From Candidatus Micrarchaeia archaeon (GTDB taxonomy: Archaea; Micrarchaeota; Micrarchaeia; CAILAH01): a stretch of 27,553 bases of DNA. The stretch lies in NCBI GenBank assembly GCA_049970015.1, contig JBMFNT010000009.1, positions 1 through 27,553 on the forward strand, given 5' to 3'. The notes beneath the pieces were generated by a model. That model made no database searches. It was not told the origin of the DNA and saw only the letters and a list, made by a program, of their open reading frames with translations. A program made the position numbers and the translations under genes. Of the stretch, positions 9,560 to 17,380 are shown piece after piece (positions within the stretch are counted from its first letter, which is position 1; the number at the start of each line of letters is the position of its first letter).

Positions 9560-10921
9560 TCAGAAATTGAAGAATTCCAGCATATCCTTTACATTATGCA
9601 CTTCTATCATGTTTGTCCATCCGGGCCTCTTTGTTCTTACTGCGGCCGTGAAAATTATCGTGTCATCATCTTTCAGAAGGCCATTCTCTAAGCAAAGAAG
9701 AGTAGCGCGCTGTACTAAGTTTTGCTTAGGCTTTGCATGCCAAAAGACTGGGATTACATTGTAAAACAGGTTAAGCTTTTGCGCAACTATGTGGTCATCT
9801 GTTATGGCAATTATCGATTTTGGAAGCTTGAACCTAGAGATTAAGCGCACTGCATATCCAGAACGTGTTATTACCACTATTTTTGTTATTTCCTTCTTTG
9901 ATGCAATTGCATATATAGTCCTGCTCAGTATATCAGAAATAGGGTCTATACATTTTGCAGAAGAACAGTCATGTAGTTTTGAGTATACATAAGGTGCAAC
10001 GCTATCTGCAACCCTGCGTATGACTCTTATGGAATTCAAAGGATACTTACCTACCGCGGTCTCGTTAGAAAGAAGTATTGCATCTGCACCATCAAGCACA
10101 GCATTTGCAACATCACTAACTTCGGCACGGGTAGGGGAAGGGTTGGAAACCATCGAGTATAATACTTGGGTTGCTACAATGCTAGGTTTTGCATAACTGT
10201 TTGCAAGTGTAATTATATTCTTTTGTATCAATGGAACTTTCTCCTCAGGTACTTCTATACCCAAATCCCCTCTCGCAACCATAACTCCATCAGCAACCTC
10301 GAGTATGCTTTCGATGTTTTTAACACCTTCATAATTTTCAATCTTTGCAATTATATCTGCATCTGTGTGCTTACGGGCGGTCTTTACATCAGCAGCTGTA
10401 CGTGTGTATGACAAGGCTACAAATTCAGGATCGGTGTTCTCAAGAACTGTAATGTCTGAGTCTCTTAAAGAAGGAAATTTGATTGGACGCCCCTTAACAT
10501 TCACACCAGCACGATCCTTGATTACAACATCATCTAATGATTTGAAAATCATCTCATCCTTTGATTTGGAAACCAGCTCAAGGGCAGATTGGCCATCATT
10601 GAGATAAATTTTATCCCGAGGTTTTAGCATACCCCATATCCTCTGGTCAAAATATGCCATTGAGCTTTCATCCATACCTATCTTTACAGTTTCCCCTTTT
10701 CGTATCTCAATTTTTGCAGAGGTTCTTATTCGTATCTCTGGGCCACTCGTGTCTATCATTATAGGTTTTTTGAATTTCCTCAACTTGTTGAATAACTTCT
10801 CTGCTTCGCTAGGAGTTTGATGTGATATATTAATTCGTATTACATCGCTTTCTGCACAAAACCTTTCAAGCATTGAGTCTTCTGAAACTGCAGGGCCATA
10901 TGTTGAGATTACCTTAATCAT
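9560..10921 (-). CDS. pyk: Pyruvate kinase
   Basis: STYGPA, RINISH, DTSGPEIR, AKIEN, MVARGDLG and PTRAEVSDVANAVLDGADAILLSNETAVGKYP. Confidence 0.97.
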   Translation of the reverse strand: MIKVISTYGPAVSEDSMLERFCAESDVIRINISHQTPSEAEKLFNKLRKFKKPIMIDTSGPEIRIRTSAKIEIRKGETVKIGMDESSMAYFDQRIWGMLKPRDKIYLNDGQSALELVSKSKDEMIFKSLDDVVIKDRAGVNVKGRPIKFPSLRDSDITVLENTDPEFVALSYTRTAADVKTARKHTDADIIAKIENYEGVKNIESILEVADGVMVARGDLGIEVPEEKVPLIQKNIITLANSYAKPSIVATQVLYSMVSNPSPTRAEVSDVANAVLDGADAILLSNETAVGKYPLNSIRVIRRVADSVAPYVYSKLHDCSSAKCIDPISDILSRTIYAIASKKEITKIVVITRSGYAVRLISRFKLPKSIIAITDDHIVAQKLNLFYNVIPVFWHAKPKQNLVQRATLLCLENGLLKDDDTIIFTAAVRTKRPGWTNMIEVHNVKDMLEFFNF

Positions 10922-10949
10922 AACAAGTAATTTCGCAAATAAGATTAAA

Positions 10950-11110
10950 AATGAAATGAGTGCTCCTGCCGGGATTGAGCAAATCCAAAAGGATTTGCGA
11001 AAGTTGCAAACGAAGTTTGCTCAGATTGAGCAAATCCAAAAGGATTTGCGAAAGTTGCAAACGAAGTTTGCAGGCAGGACACGAATGAAATGAGTGCTCC
11101 TGCCGGGATT
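10950..11110. repeat. 27-bp direct repeat of the tRNA-Glu 3' end (10950-10976, 11084-11110) enclosing two 48-bp double-hairpin units (10973-11020, 11024-11071)
   Basis: AATGAAATGAGTGCTCCTGCCGGGATT occurs twice. The unit GATTGAGCAAATCCAAAAGGATTTGCGAAAGTTGCAAACGAAGTTTGC occurs twice with period 51. Confidence 0.95.
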
Positions 11111-11297
11111 TTCACACAGGAATTTTTATACCATAGTTTTGAACCCGGGTCTCAGCCTTTCTTTAAGATCAATACCCATATACAATAATGTTTGACTTGA
11201 GGGGGTTATGAAGGTAGAGGGAGAGAAGGGGGACCCTTCCCCCTTCCTCTCCTCTTTCGAAAGGGCCGTATCCTTGACCGGACTAGACGACAGGAGC
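11095..11297 (-). tRNA. tRNA-Glu(UUC) with two introns: 37/38 (11159-11257, 99 nt) and 59/60 (11109-11137, 29 nt)
   Basis: Acceptor GCTCCTG/CAGGAGC with A73; anticodon stem CGGCC/GGCTG with TTC at 11261-11259; T-stem CCGGG/CCCGG. BHB helices CTTT/AAAG and TTCA/TGAA with 3-nt bulges. Confidence 0.92.
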
Positions 11298-11379
11298 AAC
11301 GTACAACTAGTGTACGATAACATAGTTTTTAGAGGATGATAATTTTAATTATTATGCCTAAATTTCTTGAACAAATGGC

Positions 11380-12120
11380 TTATGCAATCTCGAAATTTCC
11401 TGCAGGCAATAGTGCTATAACATTTTCTCTGTTACAGTTGAGCCTGCTTGTGATCACATCTGCAATCTCTTCCTTTGTCTTTCTCCCTGGCACTATTTTG
11501 ATGGGATTTTTAAGGAGATTTGCACACTGCTCAGGAAAGCATGCAAGTTTTTCACCGTAGAACCCTACTGCCAAACCAAGCGGCACATTCCTGTACCAAA
11601 CCCTTTCACCTATTACTATAACCCCACCCTTCTTAACATACTCTCCGCTGGTTTTCTTAGTAAGTTGTTCTTTTTTTACAGAATAAACATCAATGGAAGC
11701 ATACCCAAACTTCCAGGCACGTGAATAACTCGCAGCAAACTGTGCCGCCTCATTAAGCGTCTTATCCTTGGCTCTAGTTCCATTCTTTATTACTGTAAAA
11801 GGCGCGCCGATTATCTCTGCATGCATGAATATGTCATTATCATTCATCACTCTTTTATAGATGGTCTCGTTTTGGTTAGCATTCTTTCCTGCAATAACTA
11901 TGAAACCTTCACTAGATATAAACCATCTAAAATGCTCATACCACTTCTTCTTTTCAGCTTTCTCTTCCATTGTTACTCCTTTTGCCTTTTTTATTGAGAT
12001 GCCTTTCTTTAACATCTCTTCAATCCTAGATGCTTTTGCCCTCAACCTTTTTGATTCTTGATAGAAAGAGTTTGCATTTTCTTGGAGTGTTTTGCGCAGG
12101 TCTATCTCAACCGTTGGCAT
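11380..12120 (-). CDS. NFACT RNA-binding (NFACT-R) domain protein, short Rqc2/FbpA homologue
   Basis: EIDLRKTLQENANSFY, KWYEHFRWFISSEGFIVIAGKNANQNE, FMHAEIIGAP and EAAQFAASYSRAWK. ATG12120 preferred over TTG12129. Confidence 0.9.
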   Translation of the reverse strand: MPTVEIDLRKTLQENANSFYQESKRLRAKASRIEEMLKKGISIKKAKGVTMEEKAEKKKWYEHFRWFISSEGFIVIAGKNANQNETIYKRVMNDNDIFMHAEIIGAPFTVIKNGTRAKDKTLNEAAQFAASYSRAWKFGYASIDVYSVKKEQLTKKTSGEYVKKGGVIVIGERVWYRNVPLGLAVGFYGEKLACFPEQCANLLKNPIKIVPGRKTKEEIADVITSRLNCNRENVIALLPAGNFEIA

Positions 12121-12161
12121 ATTAATCAATTTATATTAGTAGATGCAAATAAAATAATAAT

Positions 12162-12524
12162 ATGTCAGTACGTATTGCGCTTGACACTAGCTTTATCATG
12201 TTTATGGTTATGAGAAGGATACCTATGGATAGATTGTATGATTTATTTGATACAAAAGTGGAGGTGTATACTGGAAGCTGTGTAATAAAAGAGCTTAAAA
12301 AGATTGCTTCCTCCAGCAGCTCAAAAGCACCATATGCCTCTATTGCGCTTAAGGTTATAGATGCTGAAAAAATTGAGATAGAAAGGAGTAATATGAGGGC
12401 TGATGATTGGCTTCTGATGCAGCCAATGATTGCAACAGTTGACATAAGGCTTGCAAAAATAGCAAGAAATCATGGGATAAGAGTTATAAGCGTAACTAAA
12501 TCTAACAGATTATCCGTAACATAG
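12162..12524 (+). CDS. PIN-domain ribonuclease (Fcf1/Utp24-like)
   Basis: ALDTSF, KEL, ADD and ATVD acidic tetrad; lies directly upstream of rpoE1 as in the conserved archaeal cluster. Confidence 0.88.
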   Translation: MSVRIALDTSFIMFMVMRRIPMDRLYDLFDTKVEVYTGSCVIKELKKIASSSSSKAPYASIALKVIDAEKIEIERSNMRADDWLLMQPMIATVDIRLAKIARNHGIRVISVTKSNRLSVT

Positions 12525-12532
12525 GTGGTCTA

Positions 12533-13129
12533 ATGTATAGGGTTCATACTATAGTAGGAACTGTGAGGGTGCCTCCTAACATGTTTTCAATGGGTAAGAA
12601 AGAGGCGGTACTATCAATACTTCGGGAAAAGTATGAGAGGAAGATGGATCCAAATATTGGAGTAGTGTTGTCAGTTCATAACATACAGAACATTGAAGGT
12701 GGATATGTTGTGCTTGGAGATGGTGCTGCATACTATGATGTTACTTTCGATGTGCTGGCATTTTATCCAGACACAAACGAGGTCGTTGAATGTGAGGTAA
12801 CTGAAGTCGTGGAGTTCGGTGCTTTCCTGTCCCTGGGACCTATGGAAGGGCTTGTCCATTTATCACAGGTTACTGATGATGTGGTACACCTTGACAGGAA
12901 GAGTAATCAGCTCATAGGCAAAAATACAAAAAGAACATTGAAGAAAGGGGATGTAGTAAAGGCACGAATAATTACTGCAAGTATTAAGCCAACAATACTT
13001 GACACAAAGGTTGGTTTGTCAATGCGCACTCCCGGCCTAGGCAAGGAGGAATGGTCTAAAGTAGTGAAGGGCGCAAAAGGAAAGAAAAGCGAAGATGTGC
13101 CAAAAAAAGAGGCTGGAAAAAGTGAATAG
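12533..13129 (+). CDS. rpoE1: DNA-directed RNA polymerase subunit E' (Rpo7)
   Basis: VRVPP, GDGAAYYDVTF, S1 domain (EFGAFLSLGPMEGLVHLSQV) and KVGLSMRTPGLGK. GGTGG RBS upstream. Confidence 0.96.
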   Translation: MYRVHTIVGTVRVPPNMFSMGKKEAVLSILREKYERKMDPNIGVVLSVHNIQNIEGGYVVLGDGAAYYDVTFDVLAFYPDTNEVVECEVTEVVEFGAFLSLGPMEGLVHLSQVTDDVVHLDRKSNQLIGKNTKRTLKKGDVVKARIITASIKPTILDTKVGLSMRTPGLGKEEWSKVVKGAKGKKSEDVPKKEAGKSE

Positions 13130-13138
13130 GTGACTGAA

Positions 13139-13330
13139 ATGACTGAAGAGAAAGCTTGTAGAAATTGCAGATACATAAGCATGGGTGCAGAAACATGCCC
13201 TGTTTGTGGATCTTCTGACCTAAGTGACAACTGGTCTGGAGTAATAGTAATAATAAACCCTGAAACATCAGACCTTGCAAAAATTATTGATGCTAAAGTG
13301 TCTGGAAAGTATGCTGTCAGAATAAAGTAA
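13139..13330 (+). CDS. spt4: Transcription elongation factor Spt4 (RpoE'')
   Basis: KACRNC...CPVCGS...W.G.IVIINPE.S.LAK...GKYAVR. GGTGA RBS at 13129-13133 favours ATG13139. Confidence 0.96.
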   Translation: MTEEKACRNCRYISMGAETCPVCGSSDLSDNWSGVIVIINPETSDLAKIIDAKVSGKYAVRIK

Positions 13331-14603
13331 TGCTTTCACCATTCGCCGGCAGTATTACTTCGTAATTGTCTTTGAGTGCTTCTTTTAGGTGCTCTCTTGC
13401 CCCCTGTTCTCCATGCACTATGATCACTTTTTCCAGCCCGGAAATGTTGTGTATGTACTGTATAAGACCATTAAAATCTGCATGCCCACTCATTCCAACA
13501 TTTGCGATTTTCATCTTTATCTCGAGCTCTTCCCCGTTAAGCCTTATCTTCCGTGCACCATCAAGCAATGCACGGCCAGGAGTGCCAGGTGCTTGGTACC
13601 CAACAAACAGGAGCAGGTTTCTCTTATCATTACCAAGGTGTTTTAAGTACGTCAACACTGGGCCACCCTTCAGCATGCCAGAGGTAGTTACGATTATGCT
13701 CCCTTCCTCAATTGCATCACTTCTATCCTGCCTTTGCGGAATGAATATGTACCTGCTTTTGAAAGGGTCAACATCGCTAACGAGAAGACTTCTCTGCAAC
13801 TCTTCCTTTGCGTACATTATATTATGCCTGTATATTCTCAGAGCCTTCTTTATCATACCATCTATATATACAGGTGCTGGATCTATGAGACCATTTTTCA
13901 TGCATGCATCAAGAAACAAAAGTATTTCCTGGGCACGGCCAACAGCAAAGCTTGGTATCACAACCCGCCCATTCCTCCGCAATGTATCATTTACAAACTT
14001 GATCATCTGAGAAGTTATCTCCTTAGTGGAAGGCAGTGTTCTTTCACCATAGGTACTCTCAATTACAAGCGTTTTTGCTTTCAGGCCAAACTCTGCGGCA
14101 TCAGTTATTCTGCCCGCGCGCGTGTTAAGGTCTGAAGTGTAAAGGAGATTACCATTTACAGAGTGAATAAGCACGGATGCACTGCCAAGCACATGGCCAG
14201 AACGATGCAGACTAAAACATATCCCCCCGCAATCAACTATTTCATCAAAATCTATTGCTTTGCACTGTTTAAGCATGTTATTCATAACCTGTGAGTTGTC
14301 AAAACTGTTCTTACTAACCCGCATATAATCCGCAATCATCAGCTGCAACAAGTCACGGGTTGGTTTTGTCATATAAAGTGTAATGTTTCTGGGTTTTCTG
14401 AATATATGTGGAAGATATGCTGCATGGTCGAGGTGAGTGTGTGTTATTATTATGTTTTTTGGAATGCGTTTTATCAAAGGATATTCTTCAACTGTGCCAA
14501 GCTTGACACCACAATCCATAAGGAGCTTATGATTGCCTTCCTGTACTTCAATACAACTCCTTCCTACCTCATCAGCACCTCCATAAAAAGTTATTTTCAA
14601 CAT
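13317..14603 (-). CDS. Beta-CASP MBL-fold ribonuclease (aCPSF family, no KH domains)
   Basis: GGADEVGRSC, THTHLDH, SGHVLGSA, IESTYG, FAVGRAQE, TSGMLKGGP, GYQAPGTPG, SGHAD and VHGE. Confidence 0.94.
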   Translation of the reverse strand: MLKITFYGGADEVGRSCIEVQEGNHKLLMDCGVKLGTVEEYPLIKRIPKNIIITHTHLDHAAYLPHIFRKPRNITLYMTKPTRDLLQLMIADYMRVSKNSFDNSQVMNNMLKQCKAIDFDEIVDCGGICFSLHRSGHVLGSASVLIHSVNGNLLYTSDLNTRAGRITDAAEFGLKAKTLVIESTYGERTLPSTKEITSQMIKFVNDTLRRNGRVVIPSFAVGRAQEILLFLDACMKNGLIDPAPVYIDGMIKKALRIYRHNIMYAKEELQRSLLVSDVDPFKSRYIFIPQRQDRSDAIEEGSIIVTTSGMLKGGPVLTYLKHLGNDKRNLLLFVGYQAPGTPGRALLDGARKIRLNGEELEIKMKIANVGMSGHADFNGLIQYIHNISGLEKVIIVHGEQGAREHLKEALKDNYEVILPANGESITLF

Positions 14604-14606
14604 GCA

Positions 14607-15197
14607 TCACCGCTCGATATATCTTCCACGTAGCCTGTTCTTTTCAAACCTATCAATTACTTTGTTTGCATCTTCATAATTGCGTATATATTCTTCCTTG
14701 AAAACATTGAACAAATGGTCGTCCTTCATAGAGCTCCACATAACTGAGATGTCACCAGCTTTCTTTTCATAGTATGTTGAAAACTCACTAAGGCCGAAAT
14801 CGATCACATATACTTTGCCTGTGTCACTAACAATAAAGTTTGTGAGTGCATAGTCTCCATGGCACAGATGGATCTTATGCATTTTGGCAAGCAGTCTGCC
14901 TACCTCCAAAGCATACTTAACCTTTGAATCTGTATCCAGGTTTTCAAAAAGCTCGCTCATACGCCTACCACTAACATACTCCATATGTATTTCGTTGTCT
15001 CCAAAACTTATCAGCTGCGGGCATGTTATTCCATTCTCGTTGCATTTTTTTATTGCAGTTGCCTCCCTCTTAGTTCTTGTCCTCTTAAGTCGCTCATCGA
15101 TCTGGTTGTGTCTGTATTCTTTCCTGCATCTCACTTTTATAGCAAGGCTCCCGTTCCTGTAAATGTATGCTTCTGCACCCTTCCCTATTACATCCAT
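14607..15197 (-). CDS. bud32: KEOPS complex kinase Bud32
   Basis: GKGAEAYIY, K.YRH..ID..L...RTKREA, HGD...N, IDFGLS and C-terminal RGRY. Confidence 0.93.
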   Translation of the reverse strand: MDVIGKGAEAYIYRNGSLAIKVRCRKEYRHNQIDERLKRTRTKREATAIKKCNENGITCPQLISFGDNEIHMEYVSGRRMSELFENLDTDSKVKYALEVGRLLAKMHKIHLCHGDYALTNFIVSDTGKVYVIDFGLSEFSTYYEKKAGDISVMWSSMKDDHLFNVFKEEYIRNYEDANKVIDRFEKNRLRGRYIER

Positions 15198-15259
15198 ACC
15201 TTCAATTTTCTAAGTTCAATATTAAAAACTCTTTCCATAAAATAAAGTGGGTGTGTTCC

Positions 15260-15430
15260 ATGGGAGAAGATAAACTCGAGGAAGAACACGAATATGAGGA
15301 TGAAGTTACAGAAGAGACGGAAGATGAAGAGCATGAGACCGATTGGGATGATGAGTACGAAGGAGAATGGGATGATGACACTGAAGTAGAGGCCGAAGAA
15401 GAGGAAGAAGAGGCTGTTGAAGAAGAATAG
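15260..15430 (+). CDS. Small hyperacidic protein (56 aa, 36 D/E)
   Basis: ATG15260 to TAG15430. Strong GAR/GAY codon periodicity; GGGTG lies upstream; fills the gap between bud32 and tRNA-Arg. Confidence 0.7.
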   Translation: MGEDKLEEEHEYEDEVTEETEDEEHETDWDDEYEGEWDDDTEVEAEEEEEEAVEEE

Positions 15431-15448
15431 CATAATAAATAAAATAAG

Positions 15449-15612
15449 TGCTCCTGCTGGGATTTTTAGGTGGGATGTGGTTGTGTAGATTGCATGTAAC
15501 TATAGCTACAATCACATTCCTGAACCCAGATCAAAGGCTCCCTCCAAAAAATGGCACATTGCCATTATTTCGTCCGGAGGCCTTCATACTATCCAAGTTG
15601 TACTACAGGAGC
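15449..15612 (-). tRNA. tRNA-Arg(CCG) with two introns: 37/38 (15540-15573, 34 nt) and 56/57 (15466-15521, 56 nt)
   Basis: Acceptor GCTCCTG/CAGGAGC; D-loop GGA supplies A20; anticodon stem AAGGC/GCCTT with CCG at 15577-15575; T-stem CTGGG/CCCAG. BHB helices CTCC/GGAG and GGGT/ACCT; splicing restores TTCAAAT. Confidence 0.9.
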
Positions 15613-15751
15613 ACAAAATGTTTATTGAATAATCACATTTAAATTACTTCATTGCAAATTATGCACAGGGTGAAAAAAATGGGTTGTGGTCCAAAAAAGA
15701 AGTCAAGTAAAAAGAAAGAAAAGTAATATAGTGGAAGGCACAGAGAGCAAA

Positions 15752-15768
15752 GAAAAAGTTTTATACAT
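15752..15768 (+). promoter_or_regulatory. Putative BRE/TATA promoter of taw1 (leaderless transcript)
   Basis: GAAAAAG-TTTTATACA lies about 20-30 nt upstream of ATG15788. Confidence 0.5.
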
Positions 15769-15787
15769 AAACTTCCTATTTTTTCCA

Positions 15788-16765
15788 ATGTTTGATGAAT
15801 TTATGGTGGGAAACCTTAGGGCAAAGCATTATGGTATAGCTGGGAAGCATTCTGGTGTTGAAATCTGCCTATGGACCAAGAGATCGTTAGTAGGTAAAGG
15901 TACTTGTTATAAGGAAAAGTTTTACGGTGTAGATGCGCACAGGTGTGCACAGATGAGCCCAGCAGTTGCATGGTGTGAACAGAACTGCCTGCATTGCTGG
16001 AGGCCTATGGAGATGTTCAGGCCACCAACAGACTTTGACGGGGAGTATGACACACCGGAAAAAATAATATGTGATGTAATAAATGAAAGGAAGAAACTGC
16101 TGTACGGGTTTGGGGGAAACAAGAACACTGACAAGAAAAAGTATGATGAATGCCTTGAGCCTAGCCACTGGGCAATATCTCTGAGCGGTGAGGCAACATT
16201 ATACCCATACCTTCCAGAGCTTATAAAAAAGATTAGGGAAAGGCCCTCAACAAAAACAATATTTCTTGTGACAAACGGTCAAGAGCCTGAAATGCTTGAA
16301 AGGTTGGGAAATGAAGATGCACTTCCAACGCAGCTATACATATCACTTGTTGCACCAAACAAACCGCTTTACATAAAACTTGCAATGCCATTTTACAAGG
16401 ATGGATGGGAAAGACTGATGAGATCGTTTGATGTATGGAAATGCCTTAAGACTCGTAAAGTGATCAGAATAACACACATCAAAGGGATTAATGATTCAGA
16501 AGAATGCGCGTACCAATTTGGCAACCTGATTGAAAAGGCTGGGCCAGATTTTGTTGAAGTGAAATCGTACATGCGACTCGGCTACTCAAAATACCGGCTT
16601 GCTAGCTCTAATATGCCTACAATGAAGGATGTTGAAGAGTTTGCTGGAAAGATTCTCGGGTATGCTGATGGGTTCTGGCATGAATGTATGGATGCAACAT
16701 CACGAATTGTGCTTCTGAAAAATAGTAATTCCAAATACAAAACAAACATCTTTGCTAAACTATAA
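15788..16765 (+). CDS. taw1: 4-demethylwyosine synthase Taw1/TYW1 (radical SAM)
   Basis: HSGVEICLWTKRSL, CYKEKFYGV.AHRC.QM.P, CEQNCLHCWR (CxxxCxxC), AISLSGEATLYP, FLVTNG and VEVKSYM. ATG15788 preferred over GTG15686. Confidence 0.95.
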   Translation: MFDEFMVGNLRAKHYGIAGKHSGVEICLWTKRSLVGKGTCYKEKFYGVDAHRCAQMSPAVAWCEQNCLHCWRPMEMFRPPTDFDGEYDTPEKIICDVINERKKLLYGFGGNKNTDKKKYDECLEPSHWAISLSGEATLYPYLPELIKKIRERPSTKTIFLVTNGQEPEMLERLGNEDALPTQLYISLVAPNKPLYIKLAMPFYKDGWERLMRSFDVWKCLKTRKVIRITHIKGINDSEECAYQFGNLIEKAGPDFVEVKSYMRLGYSKYRLASSNMPTMKDVEEFAGKILGYADGFWHECMDATSRIVLLKNSNSKYKTNIFAKL

Positions 16766-16871
16766 AACTGTTCTGGCATGAATGTATGGATGCAACATCA
16801 CGAATTGTGCTTCTGAAAAATAGTAATTCCAAATACAAAACAAACATCTTTGCTAAACTATAAAACTGTTC
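16672..16871. repeat. Exact 98-bp tandem duplication of the taw1 3' end
   Basis: 16672-16769 equals 16770-16867, followed by a further GTTC (4-bp junction microhomology). Confidence 0.95.
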
Positions 16872-16888
16872 AACACAAATAATTAGCA

Positions 16889-17365
16889 ATGGTCATCAGA
16901 ATACGCATAGGTACACCGAATGATATAAAAGGGATACTGGAGCTGTGTGTACAACTCGCAGAGTACGAATGTGCATTAATTAACAAGGTTCCTAATAGGG
17001 AAGAGATTTCAGAAAGGGTTGAGAAAGACCTGGTTTATGGAAAGGATAATGCATACTTTGTTGCAGAGGACGGCTCAAATATAATTGCGGTAATAAAGGT
17101 CAGTGATAGGGGGAATGGAATTGCAAGAATATCAGAGGCATATACTAAGCCGGAGTACAGGAATAGTGGCATAATGACTACGTTGTTCAACCGTGCAATG
17201 TCTTGGGCAGCAGAACGCGGCCTAAACAAGGTATACCTAACAATAGTAAAGAAGAATGCGGTTGCACACAAGTTCTGGAAATCTCTTGGTTTCTGGGATG
17301 AGGAATACATTGGTGATAACATAATAAAGATGTATAGAGACATAGAAAAGGTTATTGGTAGTTAA
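16889..17365 (+). CDS. GNAT family N-acetyltransferase
   Basis: IRIGTPNDI, YFVAE, YTKPEYRNSGI (motif A) and NAVAHKFWKSLGF (motif B). Confidence 0.9.
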   Translation: MVIRIRIGTPNDIKGILELCVQLAEYECALINKVPNREEISERVEKDLVYGKDNAYFVAEDGSNIIAVIKVSDRGNGIARISEAYTKPEYRNSGIMTTLFNRAMSWAAERGLNKVYLTIVKKNAVAHKFWKSLGFWDEEYIGDNIIKMYRDIEKVIGS

Positions 17366-17380
17366 TGTGCCGATGATTTT

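Noticed and set aside
10961..10976. Split (trans-spliced) tRNA 3' half
   Set aside because: The full tRNA-Glu lies in cis 134 bp away, and the copy lacks the TGAA needed to pair with TTCA in a BHB.
10973..11071. Mini CRISPR array
   Set aside because: Only two 48-bp units separated by 3 bp, with no spacers and no cas genes.
9404..11257. C/D-box guide RNAs inside the long Ser and Glu introns
   Set aside because: No RUGAUGA box C is present in either intron; the lone CTGA in the Ser intron overlaps the BHB helix.
14601..14612. bud32 and the beta-CASP gene are in frame across TGA-TGC-ATG (possible readthrough fusion)
   Set aside because: The TGA is part of the GGTGA ribosome-binding site of the downstream gene, and Bud32 ends just after its normal RGRY motif.
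15686..15787. N-terminal extension of Taw1 from GTG15686
   Set aside because: Low-complexity, A-rich sequence containing a TATA-like box; recognisable Taw1 sequence starts after ATG15788.
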